Positions 1-8,722 of a stretch of DNA of 64,000 nucleotides are shown here, in pieces. How positions within the stretch are numbered: the first letter of the stretch is position 1; the number at the start of each line of letters is the position of its first letter. Origin of the DNA: Desulfobacterales bacterium (lineage in GTDB: Bacteria > Desulfobacterota > Desulfobacteria > Desulfobacterales > UBA5852); NCBI GenBank assembly GCA_963674755.2, contig CAXXVS010000003.1, positions 1,600,001 to 1,664,000 of the forward strand, written 5' to 3'. A program made the position numbers and the translations under genes. A model generated the notes under the pieces. The model searched no databases and was not told the origin of the DNA. It was given only the letters and a program-made list of their open reading frames with translations.

Positions 1-2
1 TG

Positions 3-395
3 ATCCGCAAGGTGGCGCCGGTGAGTGCGCTGGTGGGCCTTACCGTGGAAACCCTGCTGCTGTCCGTGCCGGCCACCGTTTACCTGGTCTACCTCGATCA
101 CACCGGACAGGGCGCCTTTTGGCATGCCGGGACCGCCATCACGCTGCTGCTCATGGGGACGGCTCTGGTAACCGGCTTGCCCCTGCTGCTTTTCACCATG
201 GGGACCAAGCTGCTGCGCCTGTCCACGGTGGGTTTCCTGCAATACCTCAGCCCCAGCTGCAGCTTCCTTCTGGCGGTGTTTGTCTACCGCGAACCCCTTA
301 TACCGGCCCAGTTGTTCACCTTCGGCTTGATCTGGACAGCGTTGGCGATTTATTCCTACGATTCGGCCGTGGCCCGCAAGACAGCGCAGATTTGA
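3..395 (+). CDS. rarD: RarD/EamA-family membrane transporter, 5'-truncated by window edge
   Basis: Frame is open from base 3 (IRKVAPV...). Shows RarD C-terminal motifs GLTVETLLL, TGLPLLLF, LSTVGFLQYLSPS, FGLIWTALAIYS. Confidence 0.85.
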   Translation: MRKVAPVSALVGLTVETLLLSVPATVYLVYLDHTGQGAFWHAGTAITLLLMGTALVTGLPLLLFTMGTKLLRLSTVGFLQYLSPSCSFLLAVFVYREPLIPAQLFTFGLIWTALAIYSYDSAVARKTAQI

Positions 396-429
396 CCGCC
401 GATTTACACTGCTGGCCGCCGATGCTAAG

Positions 430-684
430 CGCTGTTTGCTATTTTTCCCCATCCCCCACAGGAAGGCCACCACCGACAGGATCATCAACAGGATGCCGAA
501 AGGGGGACTCTTGTCAGCGATGTGCAGGTTCACGCCCGAGACGAGAAGTCCCACGGTCAGCACCATCCAGGCAAAGCGTTTGAGTGAACACCCCGTCCCA
601 CCAGATGGTCTGACCGAGCACACCGGCGGCAAACGCAATGATGCGCCGGTAGCGCACGGTAAAGGTGGGACCGCCCTTGGGCAT
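430..684 (-). pseudogene. Possible internally deleted AarF/UbiB (ABC1) kinase-family remnant
   Basis: ATG at 684 gives MPKGGPTFTVRYRRIIAFAAGVLGQTIWWDGVF. A different frame then gives a two-TM stretch SLKRFAWMVLTVGLLVSGVNLHIADKSPPFGILLMILSVVAFLWGMGK. From memory these resemble the N- and C-termini of AarF/UbiB proteins; there is no kinase core. Confidence 0.35.
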
Positions 685-972
685 CGCGTATGGTCCTGTG
701 TTGGAAACTCACGGCGCGGGGTGCGGCCACCCGCTTGAAAGCACTTTTGCGGCAGTGGCAGGGGGTGCCGAGCGTGGAACGGTGGATCCGTGGAGGTACT
801 TGTCGCGTCACGGGCCCGAACGTCGGAGGGGCGCCGGTTTGTCCAAGCGGCGCCTTGTCGGGGAATCCGAGCGCATGTTGTTACTACTGCAAACGGGCCG
901 GCGGCGTCAACGGCCGGATGGCCGGAACAAAAGTGCGCGGGAAGTCAAAAAGGCCGGCCGGAATCCGCTTTT

Positions 973-1572
973 TCAGGTCCGACCGTAAGGGTTTTGACCC
1001 TGGCAACCGCGGCACAGATCGCCGTGCGCTACGGGGTAGGCCTCGCCGCAGCGGGGGCAGGTCGCGATCGGGCCTTTGCTGCGACGGGCGCGAAGGGCGG
1101 GGAGAATTTCCACCGGGGCCAGGGAAAGACAATCCGCTCCGGCCTGGCGGATATTTTCCAGGAGGGCGTCGAAATCCTGGTCGGCTTTGGATCGGCGTTT
1201 GTAGAACCAGCGGTAGAGGTGCGGCCAGGCGGCCAGCTTGGCCGGGTCGAGAAAAACCCGGTGGCCCCGGCCGTTGGATTTGTCATAGAGGGTCAGGGCA
1301 AATTTTTCCAGATCCACGATCCTGAGCCAATGGTTGCCCACGGTGCAGGGGGTGAGCATCTGTACGGCATCGGGCAGACAGCTGGCGGTCTCGCAAAGGG
1401 CGTCGTACAGGATGTTTTCCGGCAGATGCCGGCGGGCGAGGTCGACCATTTTCAGACCGATCACCAGGCCCGGGGCGACGTGGCCGTGAAACGTCCGGAT
1501 GCGCTCCAGCGCCTCAGGGAAGGTGTAGGTGCGGGACCGATGGTCGCGGCACCAAATACCATCCTCTTTCAC
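973..1572 (-). CDS. FmdE-family protein (formylmethanofuran dehydrogenase subunit E-like) with C-terminal zinc finger
   Basis: FHGHVAPGLVIG, CETASCLPDAVQMLTPCTVGN and C-terminal CPRCGE...CRGCQG. Overlaps the upstream gene by 4 bp (ATGA-type coupling). Confidence 0.85.
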   Translation of the reverse strand: MKEDGIWCRDHRSRTYTFPEALERIRTFHGHVAPGLVIGLKMVDLARRHLPENILYDALCETASCLPDAVQMLTPCTVGNHWLRIVDLEKFALTLYDKSNGRGHRVFLDPAKLAAWPHLYRWFYKRRSKADQDFDALLENIRQAGADCLSLAPVEILPALRARRSKGPIATCPRCGEAYPVAHGDLCRGCQGQNPYGRT

Positions 1573-1967
1573 TTTACAGGGATCCTGATTTCATTGCCCC
1601 CAGCACTTACCGGGAAAACCTCCAAAGGTTTTCGTGCGGCCCCGCCCACCGGTTCACCGGCATAGGTAAAGGTCGATTTGCTGACACTGCAGCATTCGAT
1701 GCGGTCGTTTCCGGCCAGGGGGTCCATGCGCCGTCCCATATGGGTGCAGCGGTTGCCAAAGGCATGGTAGGCGCCGTCCCCGCCATGCACCACCAGGACG
1801 CGCTTGGGCAAGCCCTTGCCTTCCAGGCGGACGGCGCCGCCGGGCCGGGCGAGTTCCGGCGCCCGATCCAATTGCAGCCGGATGGTCCGGTCGGCATACG
1901 CCCAGCAGGCGTTGTCCGCCGGCAGGGGTGTTTCACAGATGCCGAGCAGGCGTTTCAGGAATTTCAT
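1569..1967 (-). CDS. Rieske-like [2Fe-2S] domain protein (atypical second motif)
   Basis: AFGNRCTHMG first motif; second motif reads IECCSVSKSTF; GEPVGGAARKPLEVFPV tail; GAGG RBS. Confidence 0.75.
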   Translation of the reverse strand: MKFLKRLLGICETPLPADNACWAYADRTIRLQLDRAPELARPGGAVRLEGKGLPKRVLVVHGGDGAYHAFGNRCTHMGRRMDPLAGNDRIECCSVSKSTFTYAGEPVGGAARKPLEVFPVSAGGNEIRIPVK

Positions 1968-2033
1968 GCCACCCTCCTCAAATGAGCGTGTTTTCAGGAT
2001 GTCTGCCCTGGCCGCGGTCCCGTGCCGAAGTCT

Positions 2034-4274
2034 TCAAGCCGCTTCCACCCGGCAGGGCACATAGCGGTGCAGGGGCGTTCCCAGGGGGTCCCGGTGGGTG
2101 TTCATGGTCAGACGGTTGACGTTGAAGCCGAAAACCTTGCCGTCGTAGATCAGGCCGAAGCCGTGGGGGATGAGCACCATGCCCCGGCGCACCTGGACGG
2201 AGACCTGCAATTCACCCGTTTCGCTGCCGGCCGCGGTGGTTACCCGGACGGTTTGACCATCCTGCAGCTCTAAAGCTTCGGCATCCTCCGGACTCAGGGC
2301 CACGGTGCAGGCCCGCTTGCCGCGGTTCCATTCCGGGTCGCGCATCAGGGTGTTGGCATTGGTGTCCATGTGGCGTCCGGCATTGAGCACGAGGGGAAAG
2401 TCTTGCGGCAGGGCGAGATCTGCGGCTTCGCGGGCCGGATCGAGGGCGTAGGCCTGGTCGGAGAGCTCGGGAATAAAAAGCTCGATTTTGCCGCTGGGCG
2501 TGGGGAGGTGGGCCAGATTGGCTTCCGGATCCGCCTGGCCGACCCAGAGGCCCTGGGGCGTGTCCACGATGGCCTGGAAGATGCGGTCCCCCTGGTCCAG
2601 GCCCGGCTCGAAGCCGGCCCGGGCCGCGTTTCGGCGAAAAGGTTCGGGGGCGGTCATCAGCATGCCCCACAAGGCGGCCAGGCTGGCGCTGCCCCATTCC
2701 CGGCCCAGGGTGCGGGCCAAGACGAAAGGCATGGTCTTCAGGGCCCGGGGCTCGGCGGCGGCCCACTCCATCAGCCGGGCGCCGAAGGTCAGCCGGTCAC
2801 CCCGGGCGGCCTGGTGCAGGGCTTCCGGGATCTCGGGCACCAGCCCCAGCTTGTCGGCGATCAGGGTGAAGATCTGGGCGGCTTCCAGACACTGTCCCGG
2901 TGGGTCCACGAGGGGGGGCCGCATCTGGAAGTAAACTTCCGGAAACGTCCAGGGAAAGAAGGTGCCGTCCCAGGATTCGTAGTAGGAGCGGCAGGGCAGG
3001 ACGTAATGGGCCCGGCGGGCGGTTTCGCTCATGACCATTTCGTTGACCACCAGGAGATCCAAGCGGTCGAAAGCTTCCTCGTAGGCCGTGGTGTCGGCAT
3101 AGGCCCGCAGAGGGTTGCAGGCGCTGACATAGACCGCGCGCAGGCGTTCGGGATGGTCGCTCAGGATTTCCTCGGGCATGGCGTTGGGCGGAAAGGACCC
3201 GGCGGCCACGGCCGGCAGGTGGGTGGTCATGGTGCGCCAGTTGCGGGGGTTGCGCTCGTCGGCATGAAAGCCCATGGGCATGACCATGCCCGGAATGACA
3301 TTGCCGCCCCGCCGGCCGAAGATGCCGCAGACCGCCCCCAGGATGTGCAACAGGTAGGAGTTGAGGGTGCTGTGGCGTCCCATGTAGAGGCCCAGGTCCG
3401 GGTGCACGCACCAGCGGCGGGTGGCCATCTGCCGGCAGAGATCGCGCACCGGTGCCTCCTCGAGTTCGCAGACCGCCAGGGCGGCCGATACGTCCACGTC
3501 TTCGAACCAGGGGCGCACGGTTTCCCAGCCGTCCACGTGCTGGCGGAGATAGGCGCGGTCCTCCCGGCCTTCGGCCACGATGATGGCGATCATGGCTTTC
3601 ATCAGCAGGGCGTCCGTGCCGGGCCGCAACGCGAGGTGGATATCGGCGATGGCGGCGGTTTCGCTGCGGCGCGGGTCGACGGACACCAGGAGCCGCTGGG
3701 GATCCTTGCTGAAAGCGGTCAGGACCTTGCGGGCCCGGGGCATCTGGTGGCTTTGCATGCCGTTCCAGCCCCAGGCCACGAGCATGTCGGCGGCCTGCTC
3801 GTCCGGGATGGCGATATTGTACTGCCGGCCGAAAACGCGGCCCGTCACCCACCAGTGGCCGCTGAATTCCTGGCCGGCGGAGGAGTAATAATACTGGGAG
3901 CCCAGACCCCGTAGCAGGCCCAGGCCGAAGGCCGCTTCGAAATGGCCGCCCTGGGCGCTGCCCCCCATGTAGGCCAGGCAGTGGGGTCCGTGGCGGTCCG
4001 TGAGTTCCCGCAGCCTATCGGCAATCTCCTGGATGGCCTGGGCCCAGGGAATGGCGACGAAGTCGTCCCCCTCCCGTTTCAGGGGCGTGGTCAGCCGGTC
4101 CCTGGCGTATTGATGGTAGAGGACGTTGAGCCCCTTGCGGCAGACATAGCCCCTGCTACGTGGATTGTCCTTGTCCGGGCGCACCTGCACCATGCGGCCG
4201 TTTGCCACCCGGATTTCGAGGCCGCAATTCTGGGCGCAGAGAACGCATCCGGTTTTATGCCATGTGGTGCTCAT
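2034..4274 (-). CDS. Molybdopterin (bis-MGD)-dependent oxidoreductase, catalytic subunit
   Basis: N-terminal CVLCAQNCG...C [4Fe-4S] motif, RLTTPLKR, VDPRRSETA, RPGTDA, C-terminal molybdopterin dinucleotide-binding domain. No Tat signal. Confidence 0.9.
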   Translation of the reverse strand: MSTTWHKTGCVLCAQNCGLEIRVANGRMVQVRPDKDNPRSRGYVCRKGLNVLYHQYARDRLTTPLKREGDDFVAIPWAQAIQEIADRLRELTDRHGPHCLAYMGGSAQGGHFEAAFGLGLLRGLGSQYYYSSAGQEFSGHWWVTGRVFGRQYNIAIPDEQAADMLVAWGWNGMQSHQMPRARKVLTAFSKDPQRLLVSVDPRRSETAAIADIHLALRPGTDALLMKAMIAIIVAEGREDRAYLRQHVDGWETVRPWFEDVDVSAALAVCELEEAPVRDLCRQMATRRWCVHPDLGLYMGRHSTLNSYLLHILGAVCGIFGRRGGNVIPGMVMPMGFHADERNPRNWRTMTTHLPAVAAGSFPPNAMPEEILSDHPERLRAVYVSACNPLRAYADTTAYEEAFDRLDLLVVNEMVMSETARRAHYVLPCRSYYESWDGTFFPWTFPEVYFQMRPPLVDPPGQCLEAAQIFTLIADKLGLVPEIPEALHQAARGDRLTFGARLMEWAAAEPRALKTMPFVLARTLGREWGSASLAALWGMLMTAPEPFRRNAARAGFEPGLDQGDRIFQAIVDTPQGLWVGQADPEANLAHLPTPSGKIELFIPELSDQAYALDPAREAADLALPQDFPLVLNAGRHMDTNANTLMRDPEWNRGKRACTVALSPEDAEALELQDGQTVRVTTAAGSETGELQVSVQVRRGMVLIPHGFGLIYDGKVFGFNVNRLTMNTHRDPLGTPLHRYVPCRVEAA

Positions 4275-4334
4275 CGGCTCTCTCCATTGTGCTACGATGT
4301 CTCGTTGGGAAGTGATTCGGTCTCGTCTGGGTTT

Positions 4335-5393
4335 CTATATGAGACCGCGCTCCTTGGCCATGTTCAGGTAGGTTTCAAAGACGTTGGCCGGCGGGACGTA
4401 TTGTTCTTCCTTGCCCTTCTGGCGCATGACCATGGCTTCTTCGGGGCAGGCGCCCACGCACAGACCGCACCCGATGCAGCGTTCCCTGTCGACATGCGCC
4501 ACGTCATCCACGGCGATGGCGTCCATCTGGCAGCGCTCCACGCAAGCCTCGCAGGCGATGCAGTTTTCCGCGACCACTTCGGCATAGTAGTTGGTATGGA
4601 CGACTTTGGCCGGGCTGTCCAGGGTTTTCAGGTTCTTCAGCACCTGGCAGCAGCAGCCGCAGCACATGCAGATGTTGGTGGGCTTTTGGGCATTGCCGGG
4701 CTGGAGCACAAGACCGGCTTCCATGCCGGTCTGTAAAATCTCCAGGGCTTCCTCCGGGGAGACGGCCCGGCCCAGACCGTTTTCTTCATAGTAGTAGGCG
4801 CCGCTGCCGAAGGACAGGCAGACTTCCATGGGCTTACCGCAGCCCTTGCCCACCATGTCATGCTCCCGGCGGCAGATGCAGGGGGAAACCACGATCTTGG
4901 ACTGGCGCCGGATGATGTCTTCGGCCGCCTCGTAGGGCATGGTGCGGATCTCGGCCGACACGCTCTGGGACACCGGCACTACCCGTAGCTGCTTGGTTTC
5001 CTGCTGCATCCAGTTGTTTTTCATCAGGGTGGGCAGATATTCGTTCACATCCCGGATCAGCTCTTCGTCCAAGTCGTTGAGGTGGTATTCCCAGATGCCG
5101 ATCACGAACTGGGCCGCCATGTAGTGATGCTGACCGCCCTTGCTGGAGCGGTAGATCAGCCCCTTGCGGGACATGTCTTCCAGTTGCGGGGCCAGGAGAT
5201 CCGGTTCGCGGCCCAGGCGCTCCGCAATGGCGGCGGCCGGTTCGGGCATCATGGTGAGGCCCAGGGTGACGGCCGCTTCGTCTGCGGTGAAAAGGCGTTT
5301 CAGAATGCGCAGTTCCACGCCGGATTCCGTGGCCGGGAATCCGGCCGGCAGACGATCCAGGTGCCGGGCCAGTTGCTGGTAGACTTCGCTCAT
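4335..5393 (-). CDS. Multi-[4Fe-4S] binding protein (N-terminal HTH-like region, C-terminal 2x[4Fe-4S] ferredoxin)
   Basis: Start MSEVYQQLA after AAGGAG RBS; CICR, ICMCCGCCC, CIACEACVERC, CIGCGLCVGACP. Confidence 0.85.
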   Translation of the reverse strand: MSEVYQQLARHLDRLPAGFPATESGVELRILKRLFTADEAAVTLGLTMMPEPAAAIAERLGREPDLLAPQLEDMSRKGLIYRSSKGGQHHYMAAQFVIGIWEYHLNDLDEELIRDVNEYLPTLMKNNWMQQETKQLRVVPVSQSVSAEIRTMPYEAAEDIIRRQSKIVVSPCICRREHDMVGKGCGKPMEVCLSFGSGAYYYEENGLGRAVSPEEALEILQTGMEAGLVLQPGNAQKPTNICMCCGCCCQVLKNLKTLDSPAKVVHTNYYAEVVAENCIACEACVERCQMDAIAVDDVAHVDRERCIGCGLCVGACPEEAMVMRQKGKEEQYVPPANVFETYLNMAKERGLI

Positions 5394-5423
5394 GGTGAAC
5401 TCCTTGGTTGGTGGTGGGGCGCC

Positions 5424-5614
5424 GTGCCCATCCATAAATGGCATTTTTCGGCCCCTGGCGGCGTTCTCGCCTCCTGTCGGTCCTCGGCGTAGCCGGGCTA
5501 CGCCTGTGGGCATCCTCCGATGAAGAATCCATCAGATGGGAAGTCCCGCTCGGCGGGACGCCCGTCGGCTGCGGCCTTACCAAGAACCAAAATCTACCAT
5601 TTATGGATGGGTAC
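5424..5614. mobile_element. MITE-like non-autonomous element / structured intergenic repeat (about 190 bp)
   Basis: Terminal inverted repeats GTGCCCATCCATAAATGG (5424-5441) and CCATTTATGGATGGGTAC (5597-5614), 17/18 match. Internal hairpins GGCGTAGCC-G-GGCTACGCC (5486-5504) and GTCCCGC-TCG-GCGGGAC (5543-5559). Confidence 0.6.
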
Positions 5615-5632
5615 TATTTAAATGTTGCGGCC

Positions 5633-5697
5633 ATTCTATCCTTTGTGGTTTGTTAGGGGAAGTGGCATAAATGACAAAATAGATGCGAAATATGCCA
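5633..5697 (-). promoter_or_regulatory. Putative AraC/GlxA-activated promoter of the oxidoreductase operon
   Basis: Minus-strand -10 TAGAAT (5633-5638). Two similar boxes, TGGCATAAATGACA (5663-5676) and TGCGAAATATGCCA (5684-5697), 21 bp apart, the spacing typical of AraC-family sites. Confidence 0.5.
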
Positions 5698-5736
5698 TCC
5701 CCGGCGGCGCGTCAACCTGATCTGCGGGAGGGATTC

Positions 5737-6723
5737 GTGACCCATATCACCTGTCTGGTGTTGGAGGACTGCCTGTTTTCAGCAACCGCGGGCCTGATGG
5801 ATGCCTTCAGCATCGCCAACCTGTGGCAGGCGTCCTTAGACGAGGAAAACCCGACGCCGCTTTTTGAAAGCGAAATCGTGAGCGTGGATGGAGGGCCGGT
5901 GACGGCCCGGGGCGGAATCCGGCTGCAGCCCCAGCGCTCCATGGCGGCGGTGGACCACACCGATGTCATCCTGGTGCCCCCGCTGCTGCCCAACGTCGGT
6001 CCCGCGCCGCCCGGTATCGAGGACGTGCTGGACTGGCTGACCGATCACTACCGGCGGCAAACCCTGATCGGGGCGTTGTGCACGGGCACGTTTATTCTCG
6101 CGGAAACCGGACTGCTGGACGGCCGCCAGGCCACCACCAACTGGCAGTACGCCCGGATGTTCCGTCGGCGTTTCCCCCGGGTGCGCCTGCAACCCGACAA
6201 GGTCATGACCGAGGACCGCGGTTTGATCTGCTCCGGGGCGGCGACCTCCTTTTTTCAGCTGGCCCTCCATCTGATCGATACCTTTGGCTCCGAAGATCTG
6301 GCCCGCATCTGCGCCAGGGTCCTGCTGGTGGATCCCAACCGGGAGAGCCAGGCCCCTTATGCGGTATTGGATTTTCCCCGGGACCATGGCGATACCGAGG
6401 TGCTCAAGGCGCAACGGGTGATGGAGCAGCGCTTTGCCAAACCCCTGGCCATCGATGCCGTCGCGCGGGAGGTGGGCATCAGCCCGCGCCATTTCAAACG
6501 GCGCTTCAAACAGGTGGTCGGGGAAACCCCGCTGGGGTATCTGCAGCGGGTGCGCATCGAAGCGGCCAAGCACAAGCTGGAGCGCTCGCGCGCACCGGTC
6601 AGTGAAATCACCTGGCAGATCGGCTATGCCGACACCAGCTCCTTCTGCCGGCTGTTTAAGAAGACCACCGGTCTTAGCCCGCGGGATTACCGCGAACGAT
6701 TCCGGCGGCAAGGGATACATTGA
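5737..6723 (+). CDS. GlxA/FtrA-family transcriptional regulator (DJ-1/PfpI + AraC HTH)
   Basis: GTG start after GGGAGG; ALCTGTFILAETGLLDGRQATT; AraC HTH ISPRHFKRRFK...IGYADTSSFCRLFKKTTGLSPRDYR. Confidence 0.9.
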   Translation: MTHITCLVLEDCLFSATAGLMDAFSIANLWQASLDEENPTPLFESEIVSVDGGPVTARGGIRLQPQRSMAAVDHTDVILVPPLLPNVGPAPPGIEDVLDWLTDHYRRQTLIGALCTGTFILAETGLLDGRQATTNWQYARMFRRRFPRVRLQPDKVMTEDRGLICSGAATSFFQLALHLIDTFGSEDLARICARVLLVDPNRESQAPYAVLDFPRDHGDTEVLKAQRVMEQRFAKPLAIDAVAREVGISPRHFKRRFKQVVGETPLGYLQRVRIEAAKHKLERSRAPVSEITWQIGYADTSSFCRLFKKTTGLSPRDYRERFRRQGIH

Positions 6724-6844
6724 GAGGAAAAAGACGCCCGAAATTTAAAGCGTCCGTTCAAAAAGCGTTTGACAGCTTTTCGCTTATAGGGCACCTACTT
6801 TCCTGATAAAGCGATTCGGTAATCGAGGACGGAGGGGGACCAGG

Positions 6845-7270
6845 ATGGGGCAGGCGGAGCTGGAAAAAATCAAGACCATGGTGGGGGACTACCGCCGGTT
6901 CAAATTGAAGTTCATCCAGTTCAGCAAACACTGCCAGGAACTGGTGCGGGAAAACAATCTGCCCGAAATTACGGTGGGCGAGATCCGGGGCAATGCCGCC
7001 ACCTGGGTGGTCATGGATCGATCCGTCCTGGTCCGCTTCGGGCTGGTGCATGCATCGGACCGCACCTTCCGGGGGCGCATCGATTTCGACCTGCCGCCGG
7101 GACTGAACGACAATCGCCCCCAAACGGTTTTTACTCTCTATTTCGACCGCAAGGGCAATATGCTGGAGAGCACCTCGGATGCCTTCAGCAATCGCCGGAT
7201 CATTGACGAACACGACGTGCCTTTCCTTTTGGACCGCTTTCTGCACAAATTTCTGCAGCACCTGATCTGA
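6845..7270 (+). CDS. Hypothetical protein (141 aa)
   Basis: GGAGGGG RBS, GC3-rich codons, fills the intergenic gap; no recognised motif. Confidence 0.7.
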   Translation: MGQAELEKIKTMVGDYRRFKLKFIQFSKHCQELVRENNLPEITVGEIRGNAATWVVMDRSVLVRFGLVHASDRTFRGRIDFDLPPGLNDNRPQTVFTLYFDRKGNMLESTSDAFSNRRIIDEHDVPFLLDRFLHKFLQHLI

Positions 7271-7830
7271 AGCGCGGCTCGCCGGAAGGTTGGCAGGCTG
7301 CTCCCTTGCACTCCGGTTGGCAAGGCTTATTATAGGCGTGCAGGTCAAGTCATCGCCGGCCGGCGATCGATGCGATCCGGAAAGGTTTTGACTTCACCCT
7401 CCAGGATTGCTAATCATTCGTTATCGCAATCTTTGGATGGCCATCCTGTAGAGTCGCACACCCGCATCAAGATCGTTTTGCTCACACGCTTTACACCATA
7501 TCCGCGCGATTGCCGAATCGGGGTGCGGGGATAGCGGATATCCGTTTGGCGCTGCCTTGACAGAGGCGGGAAGCATTGCGACGACCCTTCTGATTTGCCT
7601 GATATGTGTATCCTGGACAAACCCGTCGGAGCCGGTATGCGGCGGAGCATCACCCCCAATTGCGCCAGGGGCGAGCGCCGTGGTTAAAGCGGGATGCTTC
7701 CTGGAGCGAATACTTCTAACGTGGACCCATGACCGCCATGGACGGAAACGCTGCCCTGAACGGGGCGGGTGGCCGGGGTGGCATTTCAGGCGGTAACCCC
7801 AACATAATCCTGTTTGGTGAGGAGGATACG

Positions 7831-8412
7831 ATGAAAAGCTTGCGAACGACGTGTCTGCTGATAGCCCTGATCTTTTTTTTACCGCTGGCCGCGGACGCTC
7901 AGCAGGTTAAAGACTATTCCAGTACGATCAACAGTTTCAAATCATCCCCCCAGCTGCAATGGTTTTTTGATAATGCTTACGGCTATGCCGTTTTCCCGGT
8001 GGTGGGCAAGGCCGCGCTCATCGTTGGGGGGGGCTACGGGCAGGGGCAGGTCTACCGCCAAGGCCGGGTCACCGGAAGGACGGATCTGTTCCAGGCCTCC
8101 GTCGGCTTCCAGTGGGGGGGGCAGGCTTTCAGTGAGATCATTTTTTTCCGGGACAAGTGGGCCTACGACGCCTTCACGCGCGGTCAGTACGAATTCGATG
8201 CCAACGCTTCAGCCGTGGTGGTGACGGCCGGTGCCCAGGCCAAGGCCAGCAGCATGGGATCTTCGGCCAGTGCCTCGGCCGGCCCGCGCACCGGCGCGCA
8301 GTCACAGTCCTATTATGCTTCCAACGGCATGGCGCCGTTCGTCTACACCAAGGGCGGGCTGATGGCGGAACTGGCCATCGGCGGGCAGAAATTCACTTTC
8401 TCCCCGCTGTAG
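7831..8412 (+). CDS. Secreted Ysc84/SYLF lipid-binding domain protein
   Basis: GAGGAGG RBS, signal peptide MKSLRTTCLLIALIFFLPLAADA; AYGYAVFPVVGKAALIVGGGYGQG, ASVGFQWGGQ, KGGLMAELAIGGQKFTF. Confidence 0.85.
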   Translation: MKSLRTTCLLIALIFFLPLAADAQQVKDYSSTINSFKSSPQLQWFFDNAYGYAVFPVVGKAALIVGGGYGQGQVYRQGRVTGRTDLFQASVGFQWGGQAFSEIIFFRDKWAYDAFTRGQYEFDANASAVVVTAGAQAKASSMGSSASASAGPRTGAQSQSYYASNGMAPFVYTKGGLMAELAIGGQKFTFSPL

Positions 8413-8431
8413 GACACAGCCGCTGTTCGCA

Positions 8432-8484
8432 TGCGGGCCGTACACCCGCTGCCCCCCCCCCCGTTGGCGGGGGTGCGGCCCGCA
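8432..8484. terminator. GC-rich hairpin downstream of the SYLF gene (possible terminator, no U-tract)
   Basis: TGCGGGCCGTACACCCGC / GCGGGGGTGCGGCCCGCA arms around a poly-C loop. Confidence 0.35.
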
Positions 8485-8722
8485 GCTGATGAAAAGGGCA
8501 ATGACGGCCGTCAGGCTGCCCTTCTCGGGCCTCTCCCCCCCTTCCTATCGGTCGGCAAAGCATTCCCCCTTCTCGTATAAAAAGGGCCGACCCCAAGCAG
8601 ACGCTGATCCGGCTTGGCCGAAGCCGGTGGCATCCCTCTTTGATTGATTCGCCGCAAATCCGGTTTATGTTGGTCAATACCATCCTGCGATCCGGAATCT
8701 GCCTTTTCAGAAAGGAGCCATC

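Noticed and set aside
2370..3914. Long antisense or alternate-frame ORFs (also 8393-9997, 11081-12508, 35213-36685, 41113-42954, 45925-48219, 55639-56895, 62183-63922, 62194-63816)
   Set aside because: They overlap well-supported genes and lack motifs; such shadow ORFs are expected in GC-rich coding DNA.
7271..7830. 560-bp intergenic region with short ORFs (7414-7659, 7557-7796)
   Set aside because: No RBS, motif or recognisable RNA structure that I can support.
8452..8462. Poly-C tract as a phase-variation site
   Set aside because: It lies in a hairpin loop downstream of a stop codon, not in a CDS or an evident promoter spacer.
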